Part shown: one piece after another, positions 23,199 through 35,811 of the stretch
How the letters are laid out: every line of letters starts with the position of its first letter
Numbering within the stretch: the first letter of the stretch is position 1
NCBI GenBank assembly: GCA_048128005.1
Contig: JBEUKZ010000006.1
Location: 434,001-498,000 of the forward strand
Origin: Veleropilina oligotropha
Lineage: Eukaryota
Length of the DNA stretch: 64,000 bases
Reading direction: 5' to 3'
Position numbers and translations under genes: made by a program
Notes under the pieces: model-generated
The model's database searches: none
What the model was told of the DNA's origin: nothing
What the model saw: only the letters and a program-made list of their open reading frames with translations

Positions 23199-25950
23199 TC
23201 AAGTACGTAGCTGCTTTCCCAATCACAATGATTTCCTTTGACCGTAATGTTAATTTTATTATGTAGACAAGAGACCACAAATTCCCTCATTTAAGCCATC
23301 TTGTGTTTCCACTTGGGTCGCAAGTGCATGCATTTGCTAACATCACTTTCCTTCTTTTGTCATTCCATATGCTCCTCGGCTTCATCTTATGCAATCTGGC
23401 TTGAAATATGACATATCTGTGCACCTAATACATGCTATTGACAAATTTTGATGATTTTTTTTTGGAACAATTGACCGCTAATGTTGATTCACACACCAGA
23501 GGGAATAGACCACTCTAGGAAAATACATATCAGCCAATCAGATCATGGCCTTTTATCAGCCCTGAAGAGCTAATCGGCAATCACCATAGCCTCGGACAAA
23601 CAACAGCGGTCTTGCAGTTGTCCGAGTGCTAAAATTGCGTTTATTAGAGTGTTGTTATTAATTTATTTAATGTAGAAGGATTATTATCATTGATAAAGTA
23701 TTTTTATCCATGGGCATATCTCAATCGGGATCACTGACCAGGTTTAGCCAAGTCAGAACAGAACAGACAAACATAGGCCTACCTACGTTGCATAAACAAT
23801 GACGTATAGCCAATACAATGGTAAGGGGTGGACCTACGAACAACCCTGTGTCAAAATAAAAATGACTCGTACAGAGTGGAAAAAATTGTCAAAATTACAG
23901 GTAATAAATATCGTATTTGCACATTCAGAACGCAGGAGATGGGGTTTCATGTTATAAATTATTTGTCAAAACTTTGTCCGCCTCACTCCACGCGGATTGT
24001 ACCCCATTTCAGCATGTTCTAATCTACACTCCATTAAATCAACTCGGCTGTTGTCCAGGGAAATGTAGCGAAGATTTATTTAATAATATTTATTTATCAA
24101 ATGATAAATTTTATCAAAGGTGTCTATCTAATATATAGTGGTCCCAGGTTAATTACGATAATACTTAAATAGACAGCTATAATATCAATTTCAAGTTGTC
24201 GGTATTGTTATTATGTAGACAATATACTGGCCACATGTGCATTATAACAACATGCAAATGTAAACACTCTTTTGTTTTAAATTATTATTTATGTAAATAG
24301 CTATTGAAAAAAAGTAATTGTTGTCATTTAAATAGTTGCGTGTCTGTAATGGGAGTCAAATGGATAAGAAAACATTTCTTCATGCCCAGTCAGTTTATTT
24401 AGCAATTAGGCTAACATAAACTACTTTCAATATAAGGATGCAGATCATTTTCTTCTCCTCATTCAGTTCCTTCAGTTTGAATGCCATTGTCGCAGTTGAT
24501 TTCTCTGTCTGTATATCTTCACATTTTACATCCATATTCAAACAAATCCAAATAGTAAATTACCTATCGTCTGTTGGGTTGTTCAAATATATTTAAGGAA
24601 TAATTTGTGAATTAAATCCTTCAAATGAACGACATTGGGGGTACATCCTTGTCAAAAATTCAGTAACTCAATAGGCATAAGTCACATTATGTGCGAGGGA
24701 CCCCTTTCGGCGAGTCACGTGACTATAGGCTTGGCGGAGTCGTAGAACCTGGAGTCGTCTATTATAAGATGTAGAAAATGCAACGTGCTATCAAATTTGT
24801 CTTCAGACTTCAAAACTATGTAAATTCATCCCGGTTCATTTACAAAAGACCATTAGCAGTTACACGATTACTGAATCTTGAGATTGTGAAACGCTTCTTC
24901 CTACACACCGTGTCAGGGCTTGTGGTGACAGGTGGATTGGTGTACTTCCGCTTGCACTCACTAAAAGGAAATGTGGCTGCCCTGGGGGCTGTGTGTGGAG
25001 TTGACAGTCACGGTTGTCCATAACTGGATATTTAATGTCCTGTAAGTGTATTATTAACAACTGTCAGGTTTACACCAGGATATGTCCATAATATTGCAAG
25101 AGGAAAGACGGGTCATCTGGAAACACCACCAGCCAGTTATGGACAACTGTCATAATATGTAGTATGTAATAACTGTAGACAAGATATTGGCTCTATCTTC
25201 CTGTGGTTATCCATCATTCCAGTTGCTGGCTAGGTTAACTTTTCATCTCCCCTGACTACAAAGGTCGTAGTAGAATGCTATCAGAGCTCATGCCCTGGAC
25301 AGGAGGTCTGTTATAAAACTTATTGTCAAACGGTGTGTGCATGTATGCAGTCAGACAAACCTTCAGAGATAAAAATTAAAAATAGACTGCGTAATTATGC
25401 GATTACACGATGCGCAGAATTTAACTTGACCCGTATAATCTCAATTCTAAGACTTTCTCAATGCCATACAAAATGTCATTTCAGAAAAAAGTTCATCATA
25501 TATATTTCAAGAAACGTGTTTGACTTTTTTTGCCGAAGATAGTGTCAATGCAAATTGTATCCCTGGAAAATATAATAGTCCGAGATACTAGGCTTTGTCT
25601 TCATTTCACCGCAGGGAATTCTTGTGTGCGTTCTACAGTCAAGTTATTTTCTGATTTGGTTGAAATTTGATATACACATTAGATATGATGAAGTTACGAC
25701 GTCTAACGATCTTTGGTGCGATTGGTCTGGTTGAACCATGCCATTTACATATCTGTGTAATAACTCAAGCAATTCATCCATTCTTTACCAAACTTGGTAA
25801 AGATGTTTGCGACGATAAGATCTTTGACAAGTAACTTGAAGTGCGATAATCAGCAACAACAGTCCCTTAAATTAATTTAATTCGACTTTTCGAACGATTT
25901 TGATAAATTTCGGATTGAAGAAGGCAGCTGTGGAAGAGGATATTGTTAGT

Positions 25951-26215
25951 TAAACCATTTTAATGGCGTCATTCTATTGTCTCGGCCCGTGGTCTAACTG
26001 ACCATATTGTCAGTTAGACCACGGGGGACTACGTTCTTACACTAAAAATGGGTGTATTAGGTTATCAAAATCACATATTTCAAATTATTTTACACTTTTT
26101 CAATGGTTTAAGTCGCTTATATCACTCCGTTTGTTTTATCTAATCGGAAAAGCCTGTGCAGTTAAGCCCGTGCAGATTAACTGCAGGCTTTTCCGATTAG
26201 ACAACCAAACCTCAG
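25951..26215 (+). mobile_element. Dispersed palindrome-rich repeat (possibly Crypton-like, non-autonomous); a second copy at 43532-44530 is split by a MITE
   Basis: TAAACCATTTT..GTCATTCTATTGTCT..CCCGTGGTCTAACTG..CAGTTAGACCACGGG..TAATCGGAAAAGC..GCTTTTCCGATTAG is shared by both copies. A related element starts at ~30270. Confidence 0.6.
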
Positions 26216-27153
26216 CAATGACATTTGGAGAAATGTTTGTCCATTTCCATGATTATATGCGACACTTTCACGGTATTTCAAAGTTTCTTAGGCTTGCTTT
26301 CGATAAATCATGCTATGGCATCCGGGACTCGAACTCTGGTAGCTAGTGTCTTAGTTTAGCGGCATAACTAACAAGAACGACGCGTTCGGTATATGTCTTG
26401 ACCTTTCTTTATTTCCGTCAAATTTTCATGACAGTTATAACATTACAATGGCTATATAAGTGCAAGCTTTCATGGCAATTTACTACCCTGTCGATTGTGA
26501 CGTCACCAAATGACGATTAATCTAAAGCGACGTCGTAATGACGTCATTGCTCTTTGCTTGCAATATTAGACATACGCTATATACAAATATGCATAAAAGT
26601 GCCTAATAAATGCATATTTTTGCAAAATTATGTCGCGAAAGTTATATACACGACCTACAAATAATCTTGGGAATGTGTGTACCAATTTTCAGGTTAATTG
26701 GTTCAGTAGTTTTCGAGAAAATCAGCGGATATATATGTATATACACGGACCATTTGATAATGTCTTGTCCTTTTTTTGTCAAAAAGGTCAAGACAAAAAA
26801 CCACACTGTCTCCCGTAATATAGAGAAACTTAGCGCCTAATTCCACAGCGTCTAACAGATATAAGAAAGCCAAAATACCTAACACATGAAAGATCTCACC
26901 TCAGTCCTGTAGCAGAGTGGATACGAGTGTGGATTATACCTGGCAATTGGCTGCCGTGTTTAAAAGTGGTGCAGTTAACAGTCAGTTATCCATGAGGAGC
27001 CGGTGAGGGCGGTTTTCCATGATGACTGGAATTTCCTCCCATCATAATATGCACATGTCCTGGTATGAAGCTGAAGGTTATTAAAAACATGACATGACGC
27101 ATCAAACCTAATACATGATGTGAATAATACAGGTGCAGTGGTTCTGTTTTCAG

Positions 27154-27428
27154 ATTCTCTGCCATCTCCTCCGTGTCTGCTCAAGGAGAAGCGCGATCCG
27201 GACACTCCGAAGAAGAGAGTGTCGTTTGGTAAAGAAAACTATAAAACAGACACTGCCCATATAAATATGTACAGCAATTATGCAAACTACGACAATCCTT
27301 ATCACCGAGAGGTGAAGAAGAGGCAGGAGTTAAACGACCGCCTTTATAAGGCCAAGGCTCGGGCATTGGAATTGAGGTCAGCTGACATGGATACAAGGCT
27401 ACGGCCCCGGCTCTATCACTTTAGGTGA
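27154..27428 (+). CDS. NEK2: NEK2 terminal exon 8 (NEK2A-type C-terminus)
   Basis: TTTTCAG| acceptor in phase 1; PP1-docking RVSF, KEN box, second coiled coil (LNDRLYKAKARALE) and a terminal FR dipeptide analogous to the NEK2A MR tail; AATAAA at ~27651. Confidence 0.88.
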
Positions 27429-29931
27429 GGGCAGGATCTCGCGCATTAATCTACACCCGAGGAAGATTCAGTATTCCTCAAAATAGTTTGCATTTATAAA
27501 TCACACCTGATTTTTTGTTTCACTGTGTGCCTCGCGTCATTTGTCATGCCTGGTTACTGAATTACTATGATGTTTTCATCCACATGTCAAGATGTAAACT
27601 GTCTTGTTCAGGGCCATTCACCAACTATTCTGCATTATGAAGGCATCTTAAATAAAAAATATATCTAAGATTTATATTGATTGATTAGAGCTGTTTCAAA
27701 TATGATTACATGGAGGTAGGGGGGGGGGGGGGGGGGGGGGGTACAAGTTTATCTCCAATACCCAGAAATGTGCCAAAATGATGACAGTTATCACCTTTTT
27801 CAAAGGATACATTACATAACGTTATAATGTAGGAAATATTGTCTATTATTAACAGTAAACACTTTCTTCCGTAATAATTATATGTGCACTATTTCAATAT
27901 GCGACTGGGAGATATTAACAAACTGTTTTTGCGACTACTGGAAGCTTCAAAGCAAGTAAATTACAACGTCAAAAGACGATTTTATTAGGAGTTATTCTTC
28001 TTTATAAAATCCAACATATAGATTTTCATATTTAGCCACCATCCACAATTTTATTTTTATATCTAAGCGAACCATGCATAAAATACACCAGACTCGCTGC
28101 CTCCACCTACCAACATGTGGTCAATTCTGGATCAGCCTTTAGCGTGATACAACATAAATGTGTTTAGTCATTCATAATAATGGGTGTTTGTGAAACAGAT
28201 GTCCAGTTTGGTTCATAGTACATATTCATCATAGCCGGAAAATAATAAAATGTTTTACTCTTTATTTAAAAAATGTTGAGAATGTCATCCCATTACAAAA
28301 GCCATCCATATTCATTGTACGATATTCACTACAAGAATTAAATAACGTTATATTATTTAATCTGTATCTGGATATGCATAACAACAGGTTTACTATTGTT
28401 GTTTTGTTTAATTACAATGTGTATTGTGAAATAGTGCATGATTGTACACGATGTATATGGAATCGTATGATATAATAATAATAATATACTGTGATTACGT
28501 CAGATTGCTCCTTGTGATTTTCAAACTGGAAATATCGAAATCCCATGATCTCAATTGATAATGTGTATATGAATGTGATGTTATGTATGTGTACTTGTAT
28601 TATCTGATTCATGATATTGACAAATACCTAAAATATAAATTTAAAATATATTAAAATTTATTACAACATATTAATATAAATTTATATATAGCATAAAATA
28701 TTAACGGCATGAAGATAAAGTTATCCAGCTATAATAAAATTTTACATTAACTAAGATATGCGACTGCTCAAAATATTAAGCCAAGTACACATTTTATATT
28801 GAATACTGGATATGAAAAAGCATAACACGATGTATGTGAATAGCCACGAACTATTGTAAAAAATGTCTTCCTTGGTCTGGATTTAGCTTTGTAGTGTAAT
28901 TACACCATTCCATCATTTGTTTGCAATCATCCAATGGATGAAAGAAGGTAGAATTTTGTAAATAAATATTATTTATCTTATTTGTTTATTAACATTAAAA
29001 ATTTGATATATATTTAAGTAGTTGTTTTTTATTTTGTACAAATATGCCACAATTCCTGTTAATATCATATAGATATATTTTAGATGGATTACGGTTTTCC
29101 TTTCTCCATGAGGTGGGATGTCTGGTGAAACCCACCTGCCCAGGCAACTGTGACTGATTATATTAACAGTTAGCTCTGCTTATGTCTTCCATCACTCTCA
29201 AGCCTTCATTTGCGAAATCCATCCAGTTTGAGTCAGTATGTGTGAATTGAGAGCAACTTGAACCAAAACCGCCAGTGGGCGGTGACGGGTCTATATATTG
29301 CTTAATATTGGCTTGAAAACTTAACCAGGATTCTACCACATTTTCAGATAGAATCGGGTCTCTTTTAAATGATGAAATGGACTGAAGATGCTTGCCATGC
29401 AGATGATAGCAATCATGGGAACAACTCCCGGCAAATCAGAGACCTTTTTGTATTTTGGATGGTACAATTAATGAGCCAGGTTCTTCAAAATTCTCAGCGT
29501 GATTATACTCAGAATTTGTAGTTGAGTTGACGGAATAATCTTCACAGATAATCTATAGCCATTGAATTACCAAAGAATGTTTTGGTTCAAACAATGTTAC
29601 TTCTTGATAGGGTGATTACGAGCAACTTGTGCAATTTATGACATCATTTCAGGCAGTTTTGCATCACTGCGAATACACTAGTCTTTGCCTCTATAAATGC
29701 TTATCGATGTCGAGTCAGGTGGACCTCGTCAGGGATTGGGTGAAAGAAAAACAGGAATATTGACTATCGCTGATTTAATGCAGCAGACATTTCAATTATT
29801 ATTTAACTTATTAACCAAATAAACTTGTTTTATATCAATGTTGAATGACAGGCTGTCATACAAACAGACTATAATGGCACATCACTCTTTATCAAGAATA
29901 CATGACTTTTACACAAACAGGCAACATGGGA

Positions 29932-30105
29932 TCACCACAGAGTTTTTCCTTCCGGAAGTTCTCTACCACCAAACAGTTTGCTTTTGTTTCGAAAGTATGT
30001 CCCTTCTTCAATCTTTTGGTTGTCAAGCAAATGTCCGAAGTAGTAGGCAGCGACAAATGCCGCTGCGTACGGTACATACTGCGGGAAGAACTTATACCAA
30101 GCCAT
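29932..30105 (-). CDS. NDUFB1: NADH:ubiquinone oxidoreductase subunit B1 (MNLL), 57 aa, single coding exon; absent from the ORF track
   Basis: Manual translation: MAWYKFFPQYVPYAAAFVAAYYFGHLLDNQKIEEGTYFRNKSKLFGGRELPEGKTLW*. It has a TM segment, then GxxLD..FRNKSxLF..REL..W as in NDUFB1. Strong Kozak ATCATGG, and a TTGTAG| acceptor 10 nt upstream of the ATG. Confidence 0.88.
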   Translation of the reverse strand: MAWYKFFPQYVPYAAAFVAAYYFGHLLDNQKIEEGTYFRNKSKLFGGRELPEGKTLW

Positions 30106-31623
30106 GATGCGTCACCTACAACGATACAAAGGATGAAATCTGGACTGGCTGTTAGATTATTACTGCTTATATGAGTCAAGCTAGCAAATATATATGCTGA
30201 GTGAATATAGCTGGACAAATCATGAACATTCATAAATGAATTGTTAATTTAACTATGTCGTAAATGTGCTTAAACTATTGTTGTGACGTCATCCTATTGT
30301 CTTGGTAGTCCATTATTTTTAAGAATGGATCGCTTTGAGCGGCAGAGGCCAATATGTTCACAATGGAACAATGACGCTATCCAGTATGTTGACAATGGAT
30401 AGCAATGACGCAATTAAGACACACACAGCAATTTTGCTCCATCATATGCCGATAAATGGTATCTTTTATAATCCAGGTAAATGAAGAATATGCTTCAAAT
30501 TCCGTGAAATACATCCACACGTGTAATATTTCCAGAATGTTATAATCCAGCCTAAATCGACAACATTGGTAAATTTGATGCGGCAGCACTAGTATATCTG
30601 AATTGTTTGCGATAAATTTCTGTCGATGTTTTCACGTTGCTGCCTGCCTTTCAACTGCCCACTGAACTATATGGATGAAATGAATTTCACGTGCGAGATC
30701 GGTCTAAACGAGCCAGATTTCCCCACAAAATGAGTGCAATCTAATATTAATACAATAGCCTTACACGCCAACAATTAGCTCGCCCCGGACGATGCCAAGA
30801 TGCAGTTTAAACAAACTGACTTCAGTATTAAAATTAGCACTAAAATATTTTATTATAGCTGTTAATATTAACATTGAAGTCGTGTTATTTGAGTGCATCA
30901 ATATTATTCAAATAATATGTTAAATAATAAACAATAGTTTAAGTAAGATACAAGCCTCAGACGATCCATTATTAAAAACATCGAACCGGCCTTGGTGCTA
31001 TCGCGCCTCGGCCAGTCCGATATTTTTAATAATGGATCGTCGTTCGGCTTATATCCATTACTTAATATAATATGGTGACAACATATGTGTGAATCTAATT
31101 TAATGGTGCTTCAATGAATAAACGTACAAACACACTCTTCTAAATAGTATAGTTCTATTTCGTTAAGTCTGAAAACAGTATTTTGTCTATAAATTAATTG
31201 ATGCTTAAACCTTTCATCACTGGGAATTCCAGACAATAATAGCCATATACACTGAATGTGCTTGTTGAATACCAGACGTATTATGTCTTATGTGATATCA
31301 GTATTTGTCATGGAATAATTTTATGGAAAACCATATAATATATTTATGATCGGGATTTAATAATAGATCCTTTAAATTATATTTTGCTGTAACATTTCTA
31401 CTCACTAATTAATTACATTAAAGGGTGAGGGGGACAAATTCCCAGATATCCATAACCAAGATATGTCATCTCGAAATTTCATCCATAGTAGAGAATAAAG
31501 TCGGCTCATAGTGACCTTTTGTAAATAACATTGACCAGAAACACTGGATAAAATGCACAAGAGCTCGTGTAACATGGACTGGTAAAAAGGAAAATGCAAT
31601 CAGTTAAAACAGATACCGGTACT

Positions 31624-32046
31624 GCGGTACTACTGCCATGGGTGGGCACTCTGGATTCAGGTGGTCTGATGCGGTACTACTGCCATGGGTGGGCACTCCG
31701 GATTCAGGTGGTCTGATGCGGTACTACTGCCATGGGTTGGCACTCCGGATTCAGGTGGTCTGATGCGGTACTACTGCCATGGGTGGGAACTCTCGATTCA
31801 GGTGGTCTGATGCGGTACTACTGCCATGGGTGGGCACTCCGGATTCAGGTGGTCTGATGCGGTACTACTGCCATGGGTGGGCACTCCGGATTCAGGTGGT
31901 CTGATGCGGTACTACTGCCATGGGTGGGCACTCCGGATTCAGGTGGTCTGATGCGTTACTGCTGCCATGGGTGGGCACTCTGGATTCAGGTGGTCTGATG
32001 CGGTACTACTGCCATGGGTGGGCACTCCGGATTCAGGTGGTCTGAT
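31624..32046 (+). repeat. Minisatellite, 9 x 47 bp (GCGGTACTACTGCCATGGGTGGGCACTCCGGATTCAGGTGGTCTGAT)
   Basis: Nine tandem units with few substitutions and no spacers. Confidence 0.95.
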
Positions 32047-32470
32047 AGACCGCTAATGGAAGCGATGCTTCCATGTACAAGTAAACAGTCAAGTTCCATC
32101 AACAAACAAGAGGCAAGGGAAATTAGGGCACCACTTCCTGATGGATTAATGTCCTCTACCTTCAACCATAAGGTTCAAGGCAGGACATGTCCATATTATT
32201 GTGAGAGGAAGGCCTGGGAAATCCATCATCTCCAGCCAGTTATAACTGAACCAAGAATGGCATGTTCCAACCAATATTTGAACCCCCTCATGTTGGCGCA
32301 ATCGGGCCATTGATTTCATATTCAGAATTGGCACACACGACTACGGGGCCGATGGATGCCTTAAAAATCCTGAGAATCCAGTGTGTGCTCAAGCACTGTT
32401 TAAAATATAATTTTATAGTAAAGGCACAAAATTCATTATGACATATGGGGTGTTTACTTTAACTCATTAA

Positions 32471-33062
32471 CTCTTTGGAGTCGTAACATATAATGCAAAA
32501 ATGTTGCTCTGAGTCGCACGATTTTGAGCAGTTTGGTCGGAGTAATACTAACACGAAACATTATATTATAATATGAAAACTATATATATTCTGAAAGGTC
32601 AGTATTATGAGAGTACAATAAATGTTCAACAATTTCGATATCACGTGATTACCAAAGAAACAATGACGTCACATGAACACGTGGTCATGGCATAAAAAAA
32701 GACAAAATTCACGTATATAAACGTTATAAATGATATACAGCATAGTAATTTGGGTTGATAATCATATACAAGATGAAATTATTACAGGGAATTATAAAAT
32801 ATAAGGCAGGAAAATATGATTCACGACTAATATAAACATTATGACGTCACATTTTGACCATTTGCTCATGGTACAAGGGAAGGAACTTCGTTTGGATTAT
32901 CAATCGAGTATAGTTGTAGATGACTTTGAAGTCGTAGAACGACTATATTTGTCTCAAATATATAGTATATAGTGACGCCAACACAAAAACGTGTTAACAC
33001 GTCCTTCGACCTTTGTGAAATGGCTGGGAAGACGAGTATACTCGTCGTTCGACCTCAAAGAG
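32471..33062. mobile_element. piggyBac-like MITE
   Basis: TTAA-CTCTTTGGAGTCG ... CGACCTCAAAGAG-TTAA. Confidence 0.7.
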
Positions 33063-33159
33063 TTAAGTGCCAACATTATATTGTGACGTCATTCCTCATG
33101 ACGTTTTACTGGGCTGCTCCCAAGAGGTATTTGAACGTTCAGACCATCAAAATAAATCC

Positions 33160-34018
33160 AACTAGAAATGTGTCCATCGGACACGGATGCCCCCACTGGC
33201 AGCCTTGACCATAGGGGCAGTGTACAAAGTATCAAGTCAATCCATGAAGGCAAATAGAAGTTATAGCAGATTGAAGTTTCTTACACGCAAATACTGGTTC
33301 GAAGAGCTAAGTCATTTAACCTTGACCTTGGCCATACGGCGACATGGATGGGTCGCAGAAGCGAAGCATGAATGATGATATTAGCAAGTGTACAAAGTAT
33401 AAAGTCAATCCATGAAGGCAAATAGAAGTTATAGCAGATTGGAGTTGCTTACACGCAAATACTGGTTTGAAGAGCTAAGTCATTTGACCTTGACCTTGGC
33501 CATACGGCGACATGGATGGGTCGCAGAAGCGAAGGATGAATGATGATAAGCAAGTGTACAAAGTATGAAGTCAATCCATGAAGGCAAATAGAAGTTATAG
33601 CAGATTGGAGTTGCTTACACGCAAATACTGGTTTGAAGAGCTAAGTCATTTGACCTTGACCTTGGCCATATGGCGACATGGATGGGTCGCAGAAGCGAAG
33701 GATGAATGATGATAAGCAAGTGTACAAAGTATGAAGTCAATCCATGCAGGCAAATAGAAGTTATAGCAGATTGGAGTTGCTTACACGCAAATACTGGTTT
33801 GAAGAGCTAAGTCCCTTGACCTTGGCCATACGGCGATATGGATGGGTCGCAGAAGCGAAGGATGAATGATGATAAGCAAGTGTACAAAGTATGAAGTCAA
33901 TCCATGAAGGCAAATAGAAGTTATAGCAGATTGGAGTTGCTTACACGCAAATACTGGTTTCGGGACGGACAAGAGTAAATCTAAATGCCACCCCAATAAA
34001 TTGGTGGTGGCATAAAAA
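33160..34018 (-). mobile_element. HINE-like element carrying ~4.5 x ~166-bp tandem repeats
   Basis: Units start at 33221, 33389, 33555, 33721 and 33881. ACTAG plus TGTCC..GGACA hairpin at one end; GGAC microsatellite and ATGCCACC..GGTGGCAT palindrome at the other. Confidence 0.7.
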
Positions 34019-34938
34019 TGTAGTCTCCTGAAATTCTTAGCAAATAATTAAGGAGACAAACACCAAATAATATTTATAAGAAGTATTGTTATTGGTTATA
34101 CTTCAGTATAGGATATGTGAATGATCATTTTAATAAGCAAATAAACGACTTTCAATCATAATGCGACATGACGCCTCTAGGCATCATTGGGGATTCAAGC
34201 AGGGTTTTTCACTACGCCCCACAGGCATCAATTGGGGATTCAAGCAAGGTATTTCACGATGCATACAGGCGTCATTGGTACTTAATGAATTAAATCTGAA
34301 CAAGTTATTGCTATTGGTAATTTGTGGATATTATTTGGCCAGTGGATGCCTTTTATATTTTTAAAGTTTCCTAGGCCAGACTTGTGACACAGTATAACTT
34401 ATAAATGCAGTTACAGCTAGGAAATTAATGACGACATTTATAAACAGTGGTCCATAAGTCCCTTCCACTGCCATATATTATAATTATGTCCATAATATCT
34501 GTGTCCAGTTTTCATTACATAAAATTATACATCGCTAGGTTATATACATGTGGCAGTTTCCGAAGAACAGGGCGAGTGTTTGTCGCAAATGCAGTTCTAA
34601 ATGACGGCATTCTTTAACTGTTCATCTGTCGGCCTGATAACCGCAAAGTCAATTATCAGATGTGTCATGTGGTGGGATCGGTCATGCCATAGAGGCTGCT
34701 GAATTAACAGATCTATCCACAACCAATTCACATCCCTGGTCCACGTCAGATAGCTCCTAACAACAAGAGCAACATATCCAGTTATGAAGGCTCAAGTTGG
34801 ATTATTGTTGCAATATATGACAGTGTCATAATTATATGGGTGCCATACATGGAGCACCCTGTATATAAGTACAATATTAAAATCAAATTACCTGCTTACC
34901 AGTAAATAATTAGCCGGCGTATTCGGCAAATATTGGTT

Positions 34939-35124
34939 CTATCCAGAAACGTCTTCTTCACTGCTTTCTGGCTGACTCTCGTTACTTTGTAGTTTTGACT
35001 CCTTTAGCTTTTGAGTTCTGGTCCAATCAGCAAAGATCATCAATGAGATCGCAGTAGGAAATGATAGCGATATAAAATTCCTCCGAAACAGTCGAAACCA
35101 ATTCTTAACTTTTTTAAATTCCAT
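34939..35124 (-). CDS. Uncharacterised 61-aa predicted single-pass membrane microprotein
   Basis: MEFKKVKNWFRLFRRNFISLSFPTAISLMIFADWTRTQKLKESK.. has a basic amphipathic N-terminus, a hydrophobic core and a charged tail. The whole ORF sits in one exon bounded by TTTCAG| (exon start 35127) and CTG|GTAAGC (exon end 34900). Confidence 0.7.
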   Translation of the reverse strand: MEFKKVKNWFRLFRRNFISLSFPTAISLMIFADWTRTQKLKESKLQSNESQPESSEEDVSG

Positions 35125-35811
35125 AAACTGAAATGAATTATAGTGAAATAAAATAAATAATGGATATTTAGCAATATTAGATCACATCATAACATTACTG
35201 CATGCACGAATTTAAATAAATTATATGCTTGGGACGTTTCCAAAAATGTATAATGTAAATGATGTTATGTCACCTACTATAACAGACTGTCAATTTCAGT
35301 ACACTGCGTGGGCATACCGGTAATGATATTTTATTCTACTTTCACATGCTCTGGAAATGCACACCATGGGCTCGGTTATGTGAACAATAGGCCTCCTAGT
35401 ATTAATTGACCCATTGATTCTAGACAAGTCTGGCTAGCTGGCCAGACTGAATTGAGAGACAATAGATTTGACAAGCTGCCAATGGAAGAGTTGACTCAAT
35501 TTCTCACCATATCGCCCTCTAGAGCATGATACGAATGTTTTAATGGGTTACACCTTGCAATTTACAATAGATTTCCATGGTGTGTATAACAGATAATACA
35601 GCTGCCACCCCTCGGCATTATAACATAACAGCAACGCTCGGGCTGGCAGTGTATTATCTATTACATAAAGCTCTATATTTAACTTGATTCCATCGTATGA
35701 ATTTTCTTAAACTAGAGGTATGCTCCTCATACTGGCCCACCTTTTGTACATAAATTCATAGAGAGTAAAATAATAAATTTCCACTTCATTCATAGTAACT
35801 GTCAGAAAGTA

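Noticed and set aside
22886..23290. 134-aa ORF with CYNAPSLQPGVT repeats
   Set aside because: By-product of a 36-bp minisatellite whose unit length is a multiple of three; the frame shifts at a deleted unit.
29838..30233. Three overlapping 89-113 aa ORFs in the track
   Set aside because: Shadows of the real 57-aa NDUFB1 frame; no motifs.
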